A stretch of 64,000 nt of DNA from a virus. Where the stretch lies: UHGV virus genome UHGV-0036582; one strand, 5' to 3'. Under the pieces are notes generated by a model. It worked only from the letters and a program-made list of their open reading frames with translations. It did not search any database and was not told where the DNA came from. How positions within the stretch are numbered: position 1 is the first letter of the stretch; every line of letters starts with the position of its first letter. The translations under genes and the position numbers were made by a program. Shown here in pieces: positions 9,465 through 18,092 of the stretch.

Positions 9465-10805
9465 ATGACCGAACTTTGCCATACAGGACGCGGGCTGTCC
9501 GAAGAGTTTGATGAAGATTTTCAGAACAGATTGACGGCCTATTTTTGTCGTGATCACGAGTTTCTTACTCGTGCTGGAGATCTGGTTGTACCTAGCCAAT
9601 TTGCCAATGCGGCCAATGCCATATTGGTTAATATGGTTTCGGGCTATTACCGTATGTACAAGAGCGCGCCCTCTTCATCTGCGATTCTGGATATGCTTAA
9701 GCGTGCGAAACGCGATAAGACTATCCGTGAGGAACTATTCGCCGATGTTGTTGCTGCGTTTAAGCGCATCCTTGCAGAAAAATTGTCTGATACCTCGTAC
9801 ATGGTTGACCAGGTATCAACCTTCGCAAAAAGCGTAGCGTTTGATGATGCTCTGATTAAGGCTGCTGAACTGAAAGAGAAGGGCGACTTTCAGGGGGCGA
9901 TGGCAATCATGGCCAAGGTTCAGCAGATTGGATCGAACGAAGCGACCGGAATCTATGACTACTACACCTCCGCAAGTGAGCGATTGAAAGCGCGTGAATA
10001 TGAGGCTTCAGAGGAGTATGTGCCAAACAGCATTACAACTGGACTCCCTCTGCTCGATAGGTTGCTGTACCAAAAAGGCTGGGCGAAGCGTGAAATGGTG
10101 CTCTTCATGGGGTTCGCTAAATCCGGTAAATCGACCGCAATGGGTGAGTTTTCCATAAACGCAACGCTTGCTGGCTACAATGTTCTGTATCTCTCGCTGG
10201 AGGTTCACACCAACATTTTGTCCGACCGCTTTGATGCAAGATTGTCGGAGACGGAAATGTCCAAGCTGGTGGAACGGCGCGATGAAGTTCATCGTAAGTT
10301 GGCAGAGTTGGGAGCCACTAAGGGGATTGGTAGTTTGTGGGTTGTTGAGCGTCCGTCAGGAAGTATGTCACCGGCAGATCTGGACCGTATGCTTAACAGT
10401 ATGAAAGCCAATGGCATGGTGCCTGACATGGTTGTTGTCGACTACGCAGATTTGATGCGTGCCAGTTATGACCTTCGTGATGATCGCGCCAATATTCGTA
10501 GTATCTACACCGATTTACGTGCTCTTTATGACAAGCATAACGTTGCTGGGATCACGGCATCGCAGACAAACCGTGAAGGTGGCGCGTCAGAAGTTGCCAC
10601 AATGATGCACGCCGCCGATAACATCGAAAAAGTACGTATTGCTGACCTGGTAATAACGATCAACAAAACCGAAGAAGAAGAAGCGAAAGGAGAGGCTCGT
10701 CTCTACTTTGCTGGTTCACGTAACCAGCAGGGTGGGATCAGCATTCGCGTTAAACAAAACCTCGAACAAATGCGTTTCATTGAGCGAATCTTAGACGTTA
10801 CCTAA
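9465..10805 (+). CDS. DnaB-like replicative helicase
   Basis: 446 aa; Walker A GFAKSGKST; RecA-fold C-terminal domain with the DnaB-typical VVVDYADLM segment; conserved leader aaaggaaagcacATG. Confidence 0.75.
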   Translation: MTELCHTGRGLSEEFDEDFQNRLTAYFCRDHEFLTRAGDLVVPSQFANAANAILVNMVSGYYRMYKSAPSSSAILDMLKRAKRDKTIREELFADVVAAFKRILAEKLSDTSYMVDQVSTFAKSVAFDDALIKAAELKEKGDFQGAMAIMAKVQQIGSNEATGIYDYYTSASERLKAREYEASEEYVPNSITTGLPLLDRLLYQKGWAKREMVLFMGFAKSGKSTAMGEFSINATLAGYNVLYLSLEVHTNILSDRFDARLSETEMSKLVERRDEVHRKLAELGATKGIGSLWVVERPSGSMSPADLDRMLNSMKANGMVPDMVVVDYADLMRASYDLRDDRANIRSIYTDLRALYDKHNVAGITASQTNREGGASEVATMMHAADNIEKVRIADLVITINKTEEEEAKGEARLYFAGSRNQQGGISIRVKQNLEQMRFIERILDVT

Positions 10806-10886
10806 AAAATAAGCGTGGAGAACACCTCCACGCTTGATTCATTTGTGAAACAACTTTTCTTTTGCCAAACCACAAAAGAAAAACAC

Positions 10887-12068
10887 ATGAGCCTTTATGT
10901 TATATCAACATTTAGGTTGGTCACAATATTGCCTGTTAAAAGTGGAATTATCGTGAGCGAGCTGAAAGAGCTAATTGCCGAATTAGATTTTGAACAATGG
11001 TTGGATACTGAAGGTATCGTTTATCGACGTGGAGGCGTGAGTGCTCGCGGTCGTGAAGTGAATATCAAGGAATGTCCGGTATGCGGCAGCTCCAACTGGA
11101 AGGTATATTTCAATCTGACCAGTGGCGTCGGCAAATGCTTTGCTGGTGATCATCCCGAAGAGATTCAGTTCAATAAGCTGGTCTTCCTCAAGCACTACAG
11201 CGGCAAATCACGACGACAGTTCGAGGAATATGTGCAGAACGCTCTTCTTTCCCAGGGGTGGGCACCAAAGAAAGAAGAGATAGTGCTTGCAAGCACAGTC
11301 GAGTTAGAGGGACCAGTTGCCCTCCCTCGTCATTACGAACTTCCTATAGATGGCCGTCTTCCAGACTATCTGGTTGAACGAAACATATCGCCTGAAATGG
11401 CAAAGTATTTTGACCTACGATACTGCGTCGAAGGCAAGCACGCTTATGTAGATCCGTATACAGATCAGGTAAAAGGACAGATATTCGATATGCGAATACT
11501 CATACCGGTTTACGATCTGGATGGGGTAATGAAGACATTTCAGGGACGAGACATTACCGGTACAGCAGAACGTCGCTACCTCTTTCCTATGCAGCTTCCA
11601 GCTTCAGGTAAGTTTCTCTACAACGGCCATAATGCAGTCGGCAAACAGACGGTAGTTGTCTGTGAGGGGGCGTTCGATGTTATGGGGGTCAAACGAGCTA
11701 TTTTTGACGAAGAAACATTACGTGATTACGTGGAACCAATAGGAACGTTCGGGATGCATCTATCTGGCAACACCACTCAGGATGCAGAAGATCAGCTGGG
11801 CGCGTTCCTGACGCTCAAGGCGCGTGGATTACGTAATGTGATCATGATGTGGGATAGTGAAAAGCAAGCTATACGCAACACTATGGCCGCAGCTAGGCGA
11901 CTCACAAGTATTGGCCTTAATGTCAAAGTTGCGTGTTTGGGCGAGGAAGGACTCGACCCCGGCGATGCGACACCGGGGCAGATTATCAAAGCCTACTATT
12001 GCGCAAAACCTTATTCACGACAGCTTGAACTCTTAAGCAAGGTGAAAGGCATTGCAGCACTAGTTTGA
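10887..12068 (+). CDS. DNA primase (zinc-ribbon plus Toprim)
   Basis: Start set at the ATG at 10887, preceded by aaaagaaaaacacATG; Zn-ribbon CPVCGSSNWKVY...C..DH; Toprim-like VVVCEGAFDVMG; lies directly after the helicase. Confidence 0.7.
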   Translation: MSLYVISTFRLVTILPVKSGIIVSELKELIAELDFEQWLDTEGIVYRRGGVSARGREVNIKECPVCGSSNWKVYFNLTSGVGKCFAGDHPEEIQFNKLVFLKHYSGKSRRQFEEYVQNALLSQGWAPKKEEIVLASTVELEGPVALPRHYELPIDGRLPDYLVERNISPEMAKYFDLRYCVEGKHAYVDPYTDQVKGQIFDMRILIPVYDLDGVMKTFQGRDITGTAERRYLFPMQLPASGKFLYNGHNAVGKQTVVVCEGAFDVMGVKRAIFDEETLRDYVEPIGTFGMHLSGNTTQDAEDQLGAFLTLKARGLRNVIMMWDSEKQAIRNTMAAARRLTSIGLNVKVACLGEEGLDPGDATPGQIIKAYYCAKPYSRQLELLSKVKGIAALV

Positions 12069-13097
12069 ACCAGTATTAGTCACGTAAACATTGACCGAAA
12101 ATGATTTAACTTCTGTGTTGAAGTTGTCAGTCATTACCGCGAGGTAGGCATTCTTGGTATCTCTGAATTGCTTCAGGATGATTTGAACGTTATCGGTGCA
12201 AACAAACGAGGTAGCCAGATTGCCTCCTTTCTCTGAAAAATCCTTTAGGAAAGTGCAGTCAATTTTGCCATCATTAGCGGTGAAGGTGGCATCATCACCC
12301 TGCCAGGTAAATGTTGCGTTAACGCCTTTATCAATGGATTTAGCAATAAGTCGCTGAGTGGAGGATTTTGCTTTAGATCTTGCTGCTGATGGTTGGTATT
12401 TACCGCTTTCTTTTAGTTCTGCAATGTAATCACAGCCATTTTTATCTTCTTTATCGCAAGCTGCCTGATAAAGCTCAGCTGCTTTTTTATAATCTTTTTT
12501 AACCCCTTCACCATACTCATACATAATGCCAAGATTCGCCAATGCAGATGCACTGCCTAGTTCGATTCCTTTTTTATAATACTCTATTGCCTTTTTGTAG
12601 CTTTTTGGCACGCCTGCGCCAACATAATATAACTGTCCTAAATATGACGCAGATTCAGGGTCGCCAGCCTCTACTGCAAGTTTGTGATATTTCAGGGAAA
12701 GTTTTTGGTCTTTCTTACCCGCAAGTCCTTTATGATAAATAACACCCAGATTGTGATAAGAGTTGCCTCCAGCTGCATCACCAGCTTTCTTAAAGAGTTC
12801 CTCTGCCTTTTTGAAATTTTTATCAACCCCATACCCAAGGGCATACATTATACCTAGAGCATTAAACGCTTCTTTGTTCCCCTTAGAAGTCGCCAGTTCA
12901 AGCCATTTTCTGGCTTCATCGTAGTTTTTTTCGACACCATGAATACCTTTCATATAGTCGATACCTAAAGCACTCTGTGACTCAACGTCGCCTGCTTTTG
13001 CCGCATCGATCAGCTTTTGTATTTCATAGGCATGTGCACTCCCCGAAACAAGTAATAGCGACAACATAAAGAAAGATATTGGTTTGAAATGTTTCAT
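12060..13097 (-). CDS. Secreted Sel1-like repeat protein
   Basis: Signal peptide MKHFKPISFFMLSLLLVSGSAHA; repeated units G..(A/S).(N/Y/A)LG..Y..G.GV.K(N/D/S)Y.(K/E)A..(W/L/Y) typical of Sel1/TPR-like repeats; C-terminal about 110 aa non-repeat. Confidence 0.7.
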   Translation of the reverse strand: MKHFKPISFFMLSLLLVSGSAHAYEIQKLIDAAKAGDVESQSALGIDYMKGIHGVEKNYDEARKWLELATSKGNKEAFNALGIMYALGYGVDKNFKKAEELFKKAGDAAGGNSYHNLGVIYHKGLAGKKDQKLSLKYHKLAVEAGDPESASYLGQLYYVGAGVPKSYKKAIEYYKKGIELGSASALANLGIMYEYGEGVKKDYKKAAELYQAACDKEDKNGCDYIAELKESGKYQPSAARSKAKSSTQRLIAKSIDKGVNATFTWQGDDATFTANDGKIDCTFLKDFSEKGGNLATSFVCTDNVQIILKQFRDTKNAYLAVMTDNFNTEVKSFSVNVYVTNTGSN

Positions 13098-13278
13098 TTT
13101 TGGATTTTCACAAGATGGTTAGGTGGTTGTGGCTACTCGGTGTAAGGCTTTGTAATCACCGATTGGTAAGGTTACTTCAATTTAGCTTAACTGTCAGCAT
13201 ACCCAATCGCCGAAAAGATAAGTAGATGATTACTTATTGGTGTGTAAGAATACTGCCATCTGTTAGCTAGGAGTTGGT

Positions 13279-14061
13279 ATGAAAGAAGAAATTAAGAGAT
13301 TAGCCTGCAACATCATTGATAAAACTGGTTTAGAAATCAGCGAGAGCAATCGGCTAGACATCATTGAAAAAGCCGTCAATACGGCAATGGATCATATCGC
13401 CACTCGTTTGGTCGAGATCCCGCTACCGGGGCTACCTTATCTGAAGGTTAAGTTGCGCGTATGGGGCGAACCTGCACATGCACGACGTTCTGCATTAGTT
13501 GTTTTTGTACGCAAAGAAAACTTACGAACTCTAAAAGTGCAGGTTGGGGCGTGGTTTGATGGCAGAGTCATCTATACAGATACCATTATCTGTCCTCCAG
13601 GTGACGAACATATTGAAGCCGTCATTCGAGAATCAATTCGAGCTATGCGCAGTTTAGCTTTGCTGGAAGACAAGCAAAACTTTGAAGATTACTTGCTGTC
13701 GGTAAAAGCTGAACCAACATTGTCTCTGAAAGCCGATTTCGTCACCCCGACAAATCTGTTGGAGGTTTTGATTAATAAAGGGGCTAATGATGCTGTAAAC
13801 CTAATCAGGGAAAGCGAATATTCGACTCTTTGCGACATGTGCAAAAGCCAGTTGGATCTTGTGCATATCATTGTTGATGCGGGGAAGGCGTGTGATGGCG
13901 TAATGGCGGAATTTGCTGGGAAGATGGTCAGGATTGCTAATGAATTACCGATGATAGAGCAAGAGGCCAAATCATACGCCACCAATCATGTCACAGAGCT
14001 TCTTGCCCCCTATCGCTTAGAAAGCGATCAGCGCAAGATGATTAGCTGGGGAAGTTGGTAA
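13279..14061 (+). CDS. Hypothetical protein
   Basis: 260-aa ORF, no recognisable motif. Confidence 0.45.
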   Translation: MKEEIKRLACNIIDKTGLEISESNRLDIIEKAVNTAMDHIATRLVEIPLPGLPYLKVKLRVWGEPAHARRSALVVFVRKENLRTLKVQVGAWFDGRVIYTDTIICPPGDEHIEAVIRESIRAMRSLALLEDKQNFEDYLLSVKAEPTLSLKADFVTPTNLLEVLINKGANDAVNLIRESEYSTLCDMCKSQLDLVHIIVDAGKACDGVMAEFAGKMVRIANELPMIEQEAKSYATNHVTELLAPYRLESDQRKMISWGSW

Positions 14062-14128
14062 GCTCTCTGTGTGTCGTTTTTTACGCAAATAATGATAGGT
14101 AAGCACAAGATTATTTCTGGCGGTAATT

Positions 14129-14599
14129 GTGAAAGCTGATTTGTCAAAAATCCCTTCTATTTCAGGAAATAACGGTTATTCACTTCGTTGTGAGGAAGTA
14201 AAGATAAACGGTGAGTCGGCATATTGCAGCTATTCCGTTTGCCAGCACACCATTCTTGCCTTCAAAGAAAACCGTCTTCCTCGAACTTCTTTCCAGTCGT
14301 GCGCAACCGCTATTAAAGCAGGCAAATGTAAGGCGTTAAAAATGATGGTTGAAGAGATTCGTAAAGGAGAATCTCTGTATTTCGAAGATATGACCGCACT
14401 CATTAAGGAGGTTGAAGAACGGAATAAACAAGCCAGAACTTTAAAACGAAAACGTGACAGTGTAACTATTAATAGCATGGTTAAGAAGAGCGCCACATCA
14501 CAAACATCGATCTCTGACGTGTATGCGGCATTGCTTGAAGAAACAACAAAAGAAACACATGAGCAAATCGATCAACATATGGAGGCAAAACAACAATGA
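14129..14599 (+). CDS. Hypothetical protein (start uncertain)
   Basis: 156-aa ORF ending where the ligase gene starts. Confidence 0.4.
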   Translation: MKADLSKIPSISGNNGYSLRCEEVKINGESAYCSYSVCQHTILAFKENRLPRTSFQSCATAIKAGKCKALKMMVEEIRKGESLYFEDMTALIKEVEERNKQARTLKRKRDSVTINSMVKKSATSQTSISDVYAALLEETTKETHEQIDQHMEAKQQ

Positions 14600-15918
14600 A
14601 AAAGTTGATCGCACTTAAGCATAAGCTGGACGAAATGAAAGCTATGGGAACCAATGCAAAAAAAGAGGCATTGGCCAACATGGATGACTTCGAGCAAAGC
14701 ATGGTTTCATTGATGCTCAACCCTTTCATCCGTTTTGGGGTAAAGAAATACAAAGTGGCAGAGCCGCTTAGTGAGTCCGTCCCAAGTGACGAAAAAGCCA
14801 TTGATGTACTGAATAAGCTGGCCTCTCGCGAGCTGACGGGGAACGCAGCAATAGCTGCTGTTGAGTCTATCGTGGCGTCAATGTGCGCCGATGGGCAGGA
14901 CGTGTTCCGTCGTTTCCTCTTAAAAGACCCGAAAGCGGGTGTTGGGATTAGCCTATGCAACAAGGTTTTTGAAAATCCCATTCCGAAATTCGAGGTGCAG
15001 CTGGCGTCACCGTATAAAGAAAAAGGCGACAAATACCCCTTCAAGCCAAACCCTAAAGCAAAATGGCCGATGATTGGCAGCCTTAAGCTCGATGGTTTGC
15101 GAGTAATTTGCGAGGTTATTGTTGACGAAGAAGAGGTTAACTTCCTTTCTCGTACTGGTAATCCAATCACGTCTCTCGATCACCTAAAGCCAGCCATGCT
15201 CGAATTAGGCAAACTTTCAGGCCACAAACACATCTTCTTCGATGGTGAAGGCACAGCCGGTTCATTTAACCAGTCCGTATCTGCATTGCGCAAAAAGAAC
15301 GTGCAGGCAATTGGCGCTATTTATCATGTTTTCGACTTCTTCCTACCGGAATGGCGAGCACAGGCTAAATCCAAAGAGTATGCAAAGACAGGTATGAAGC
15401 TGAAAGAGCGCCTGGCTATGCTCGTGGCGTTGTTCAAAAACGATCGCAGTGAAGGCTACGCACAAGACATTCACCTGCATCCGTTCTACATCATCCATAG
15501 CCACGAAGACTTCATCGAACGCTTCATGAAACGCCTGGACGATAACGAAGAAGGGGAGATGGGCAAAGATCCGAACTCTGTTTACGAGTTTAAACGTACC
15601 CGCAGCTGGTGGAAGTTAAAAGACGAAGATTCAGAAGATGGTGAAATTATCGATTTTGAGCCGGGCGACCCGGACTCTGGTTTTGCCAACACGCTTGGGA
15701 AAATTGTTATTCGTCTTGAAAACGGCGTCATCGTTCGTGCGAGCGGCATTAAGCATAAATATCTGGACGAGATCTGGAACAACAAAGAGAAGTACCGTGG
15801 TCGTATTGTCGAGGTTCATTGTCACGAGAAAACACCTGATGGCAGCTTACGCCACCCACGACTGAAATGGCCGCGTTGCTTACGCGATACCGAAGATCGA
15901 ATCGGAGATAAAGAATGA
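14596..15918 (+). CDS. ATP-dependent DNA ligase
   Basis: Adenylation motif I KLDGLR (SLKLDGLRVICEV); 440 aa; motif-like segments FDGEG and EGEMGKDPNSVYEFKRT. Confidence 0.75.
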   Translation: MKKLIALKHKLDEMKAMGTNAKKEALANMDDFEQSMVSLMLNPFIRFGVKKYKVAEPLSESVPSDEKAIDVLNKLASRELTGNAAIAAVESIVASMCADGQDVFRRFLLKDPKAGVGISLCNKVFENPIPKFEVQLASPYKEKGDKYPFKPNPKAKWPMIGSLKLDGLRVICEVIVDEEEVNFLSRTGNPITSLDHLKPAMLELGKLSGHKHIFFDGEGTAGSFNQSVSALRKKNVQAIGAIYHVFDFFLPEWRAQAKSKEYAKTGMKLKERLAMLVALFKNDRSEGYAQDIHLHPFYIIHSHEDFIERFMKRLDDNEEGEMGKDPNSVYEFKRTRSWWKLKDEDSEDGEIIDFEPGDPDSGFANTLGKIVIRLENGVIVRASGIKHKYLDEIWNNKEKYRGRIVEVHCHEKTPDGSLRHPRLKWPRCLRDTEDRIGDKE

Positions 15919-16130
15919 TCGTATTAAGTAAACGGGAGAAAGAAACGCTTCATGAAATAAGTAAGTGGCCGGAGTTCCCTGAGTACTGGAAGCCTAAAAC
16001 GCGAGCTAAGTTAGAGCGTTTAGGGTTGGTTGCAAACGTTTCTGAAACGTGGTGCTCGGCCAACTACCAGTTAACTGATAAAGGGAAATTATTGCTACAG
16101 CAATTAGTAGAATCAGGAGCCTTTAAATGA
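15915..16130 (+). CDS. Hypothetical small protein
   Basis: 71-aa ORF overlapping the ligase stop. Confidence 0.35.
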   Translation: MIVLSKREKETLHEISKWPEFPEYWKPKTRAKLERLGLVANVSETWCSANYQLTDKGKLLLQQLVESGAFK

Positions 16131-16275
16131 TTCCATACATCTCATTAGCTTTTATGGCTGGCTTCCTTATCGGCTTCGGCATCTGTCGTGATTTGATTAA
16201 GCAGGAACTTAAAACCAAAACACTGTGCATCGGGAAGCGTGTGTATCGGGTAGTTCATGAAACAAAGGTGAGAAA

Positions 16276-16566
16276 ATGAGTAATTTAACTTCTTGGGAAT
16301 GGTGGTTGGCAACCTATTTTATGGCAGCCGGAGTCGCATTCGCTTTTTACGTAGGGCAGTTAGTCGTAAAACTGCTGCTGATTAAATTTGCTAGCCATAA
16401 ACGTATTGATGATGGCCTGTGGCGTCTTGGTACCCTTGTGGAAACTCGCTACGGGCAACTTAATGAGAACGAAACCATTACTATCCAAGCGAAACGATTC
16501 ACTGCCACGATCACAAGAACACCTGATCGTAGAGTGGCCTTGATCAAAAAAGTCACAACCGAATAA
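16276..16566 (+). CDS. Hypothetical small membrane protein
   Basis: 96 aa with an N-terminal hydrophobic helix WWLATYFMAAGVAFAFYVGQLVV. Confidence 0.4.
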   Translation: MSNLTSWEWWLATYFMAAGVAFAFYVGQLVVKLLLIKFASHKRIDDGLWRLGTLVETRYGQLNENETITIQAKRFTATITRTPDRRVALIKKVTTE

Positions 16567-17342
16567 AAACATCTCGATAAGTATTTACTTACTTATCTTT
16601 TATGTATAAGATGACTTTGTTTTCGTTGAGACGCGACTGTTTGAACTTAAATACAAGTGCAAACGAAGAAGTCTATCTGGCAGTAGCCTAATAAGCCAAA
16701 CACCAGCGAGGTCAGTTTCCAGCCTCGTTACCGAAATGGGACACACTGAGCGAGTGTGATTGCAGAACGCAGGAGGGAACATTCATGTTCCCTCCGATGA
16801 AGTAACAGAATGGGCGGTTGGTATATTTTCAACTCCATATGACTCCCGGATTCTTAGCCACTGACCGCCCATCCTGTTACGTCATTTTGTTCAATTATGT
16901 CGTTTATACTGGGTTAAAAAGCGGCGACGTAGCCCGGCTGGTATGGTTAGCCAGCACACAACGTTGAGGCCATTACATTTTTATCAATTCTAAGGTTCTA
17001 TTCACAGAGATACCGGCGAGCGTTGATATGTAACATGTTGGGCAAACATTCAATCGGAGTAGTGGCCTCAACGTTGTGAAGACGGGATTGTTGTGTAGGT
17101 TTAACCACTGTTGCCATTGGTGCCTGTTTTCACAACAAATGATTCCATACATCACATTGTATAAATTACAAAGTAGGTGCTGTCCTCAGAAACATCATCT
17201 ACTTAAAGATTTTGCCTTCTATTGAGCGAAGTCGAAAACGTCTGGCACTAACGGAAAGTGCAAGTAGCGGTGCGTTTCCTGGCAGAAACTAACACCGCCG
17301 CGATTGGCACTGTTGAGTAATAAATACTGGCAGTGCTGAATT

Positions 17343-17417
17343 GATGGTGTAGCTCAGCGGTAGAGCAGTTGGCTGTTAACCAACTGGTCGGTGGTTCGAA
17401 TCCACCCACCATCGCCA
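17343..17417 (+). tRNA. tRNA-Asn (anticodon GTT)
   Basis: Hand-folded cloverleaf: acceptor gatggtg/caccatc, D-arm gctcagcggtagagc, anticodon stem gttgg/ccaac with loop ctGTTaa, T-arm ggtggttcgaatccacc, encoded CCA. Confidence 0.8.
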
Positions 17418-17422
17418 ATTTA

Positions 17423-17509
17423 GGGGAGTTAGTCCGTAGGGGCAGCGGGGTAGACTGTAAATCTACTGTCATTGCGACTCGGGTGGTTCGACTCCATCAC
17501 TCCCCACCA
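17423..17509 (+). tRNA. tRNA-Tyr (anticodon GTA), long variable arm
   Basis: Acceptor ggggagt/actcccc, anticodon stem gtaga/tctac with loop ctGTAaa, long variable arm, T-loop ttcgact, encoded CCA. Confidence 0.7.
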
Positions 17510-17513
17510 AATT

Positions 17514-17589
17514 GCCGGTTTAGCTCAGTTGGTAGAGCGCCTGCCTTGTAAGCAGGATGTCAGCGGTTCGAGTCCGCTAACCGGCACCA
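17514..17589 (+). tRNA. tRNA-Thr (anticodon TGT)
   Basis: Acceptor gccggtt/aaccggc, D-arm gctcagttggtagagc, anticodon stem cctgc/gcagg with loop ctTGTaa, T-arm agcggttcgagtccgct, CCA. Confidence 0.8.
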
Positions 17590-17814
17590 ATACAACGATA
17601 AGATCATTACGGTTAATCGTCGTTCATGTGCACAATGACTGGTCGAAAGGTAGTGATCTTACCGTTGTGGTGGATTCGCAGACTGATGCGATAGCTTTCT
17701 TGGATGTTAGGGAAATGCGGCCGCAAATCTTCCCTTTCGCGAGCGGTGATCGTCCGTAGTCCTAATTGGCTGCACCGTATGCCGGAGATTCAGTACCGGC
17801 CACCACAACGGCCG

Positions 17815-17901
17815 GAGAGTAGGGAGCATGGTGCTCAAGCGGTCTTGAAAACCGTCCCATTGCGCAAGCGATGATGGTTCGATTCCATTACTCTCCGCCA
17901 G
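17815..17901 (+). tRNA. tRNA-Ser (anticodon TGA), long variable arm
   Basis: Acceptor ggagagt/actctcc, anticodon loop ctTGAaa, long variable arm, T-arm gatggttcgattccatt, CCA; some stems rely on G-U pairs, so less certain. Confidence 0.6.
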
Positions 17902-18054
17902 ACACAGCGTTGAGCGGTTTGGCCTTTTAATCAACTCGATTAAGACTCCGCTAACATAAACCAGACCGCTCAACGCTGTGATAGACAATTACGGCAGACG
18001 TTCTTAACCATAGCTTGCTAACATCCTAGCAACACTTTTTTCAGCGCAAAATTC

Positions 18055-18078
18055 AAAGGGGCTTCGGCCCCTTTTTTG
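18055..18078. terminator. Bidirectional rho-independent terminator between the tRNA cluster and the convergent minus-strand gene
   Basis: aaaggggc-ttcg-gccccttttttg: GC stem with an A-tract on one side and a T-tract on the other. Confidence 0.8.
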
Positions 18079-18092
18079 TTGAACAGTGCAAT

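Noticed and set aside
17248-17988. ORFs overlapping the tRNA cluster on both strands (17248..17472, 17369..17551, 17472..17759, 17707..17988)
   Set aside because: They run through well-folded tRNA genes and an intergenic spacer and have no start-site context; treated as spurious.
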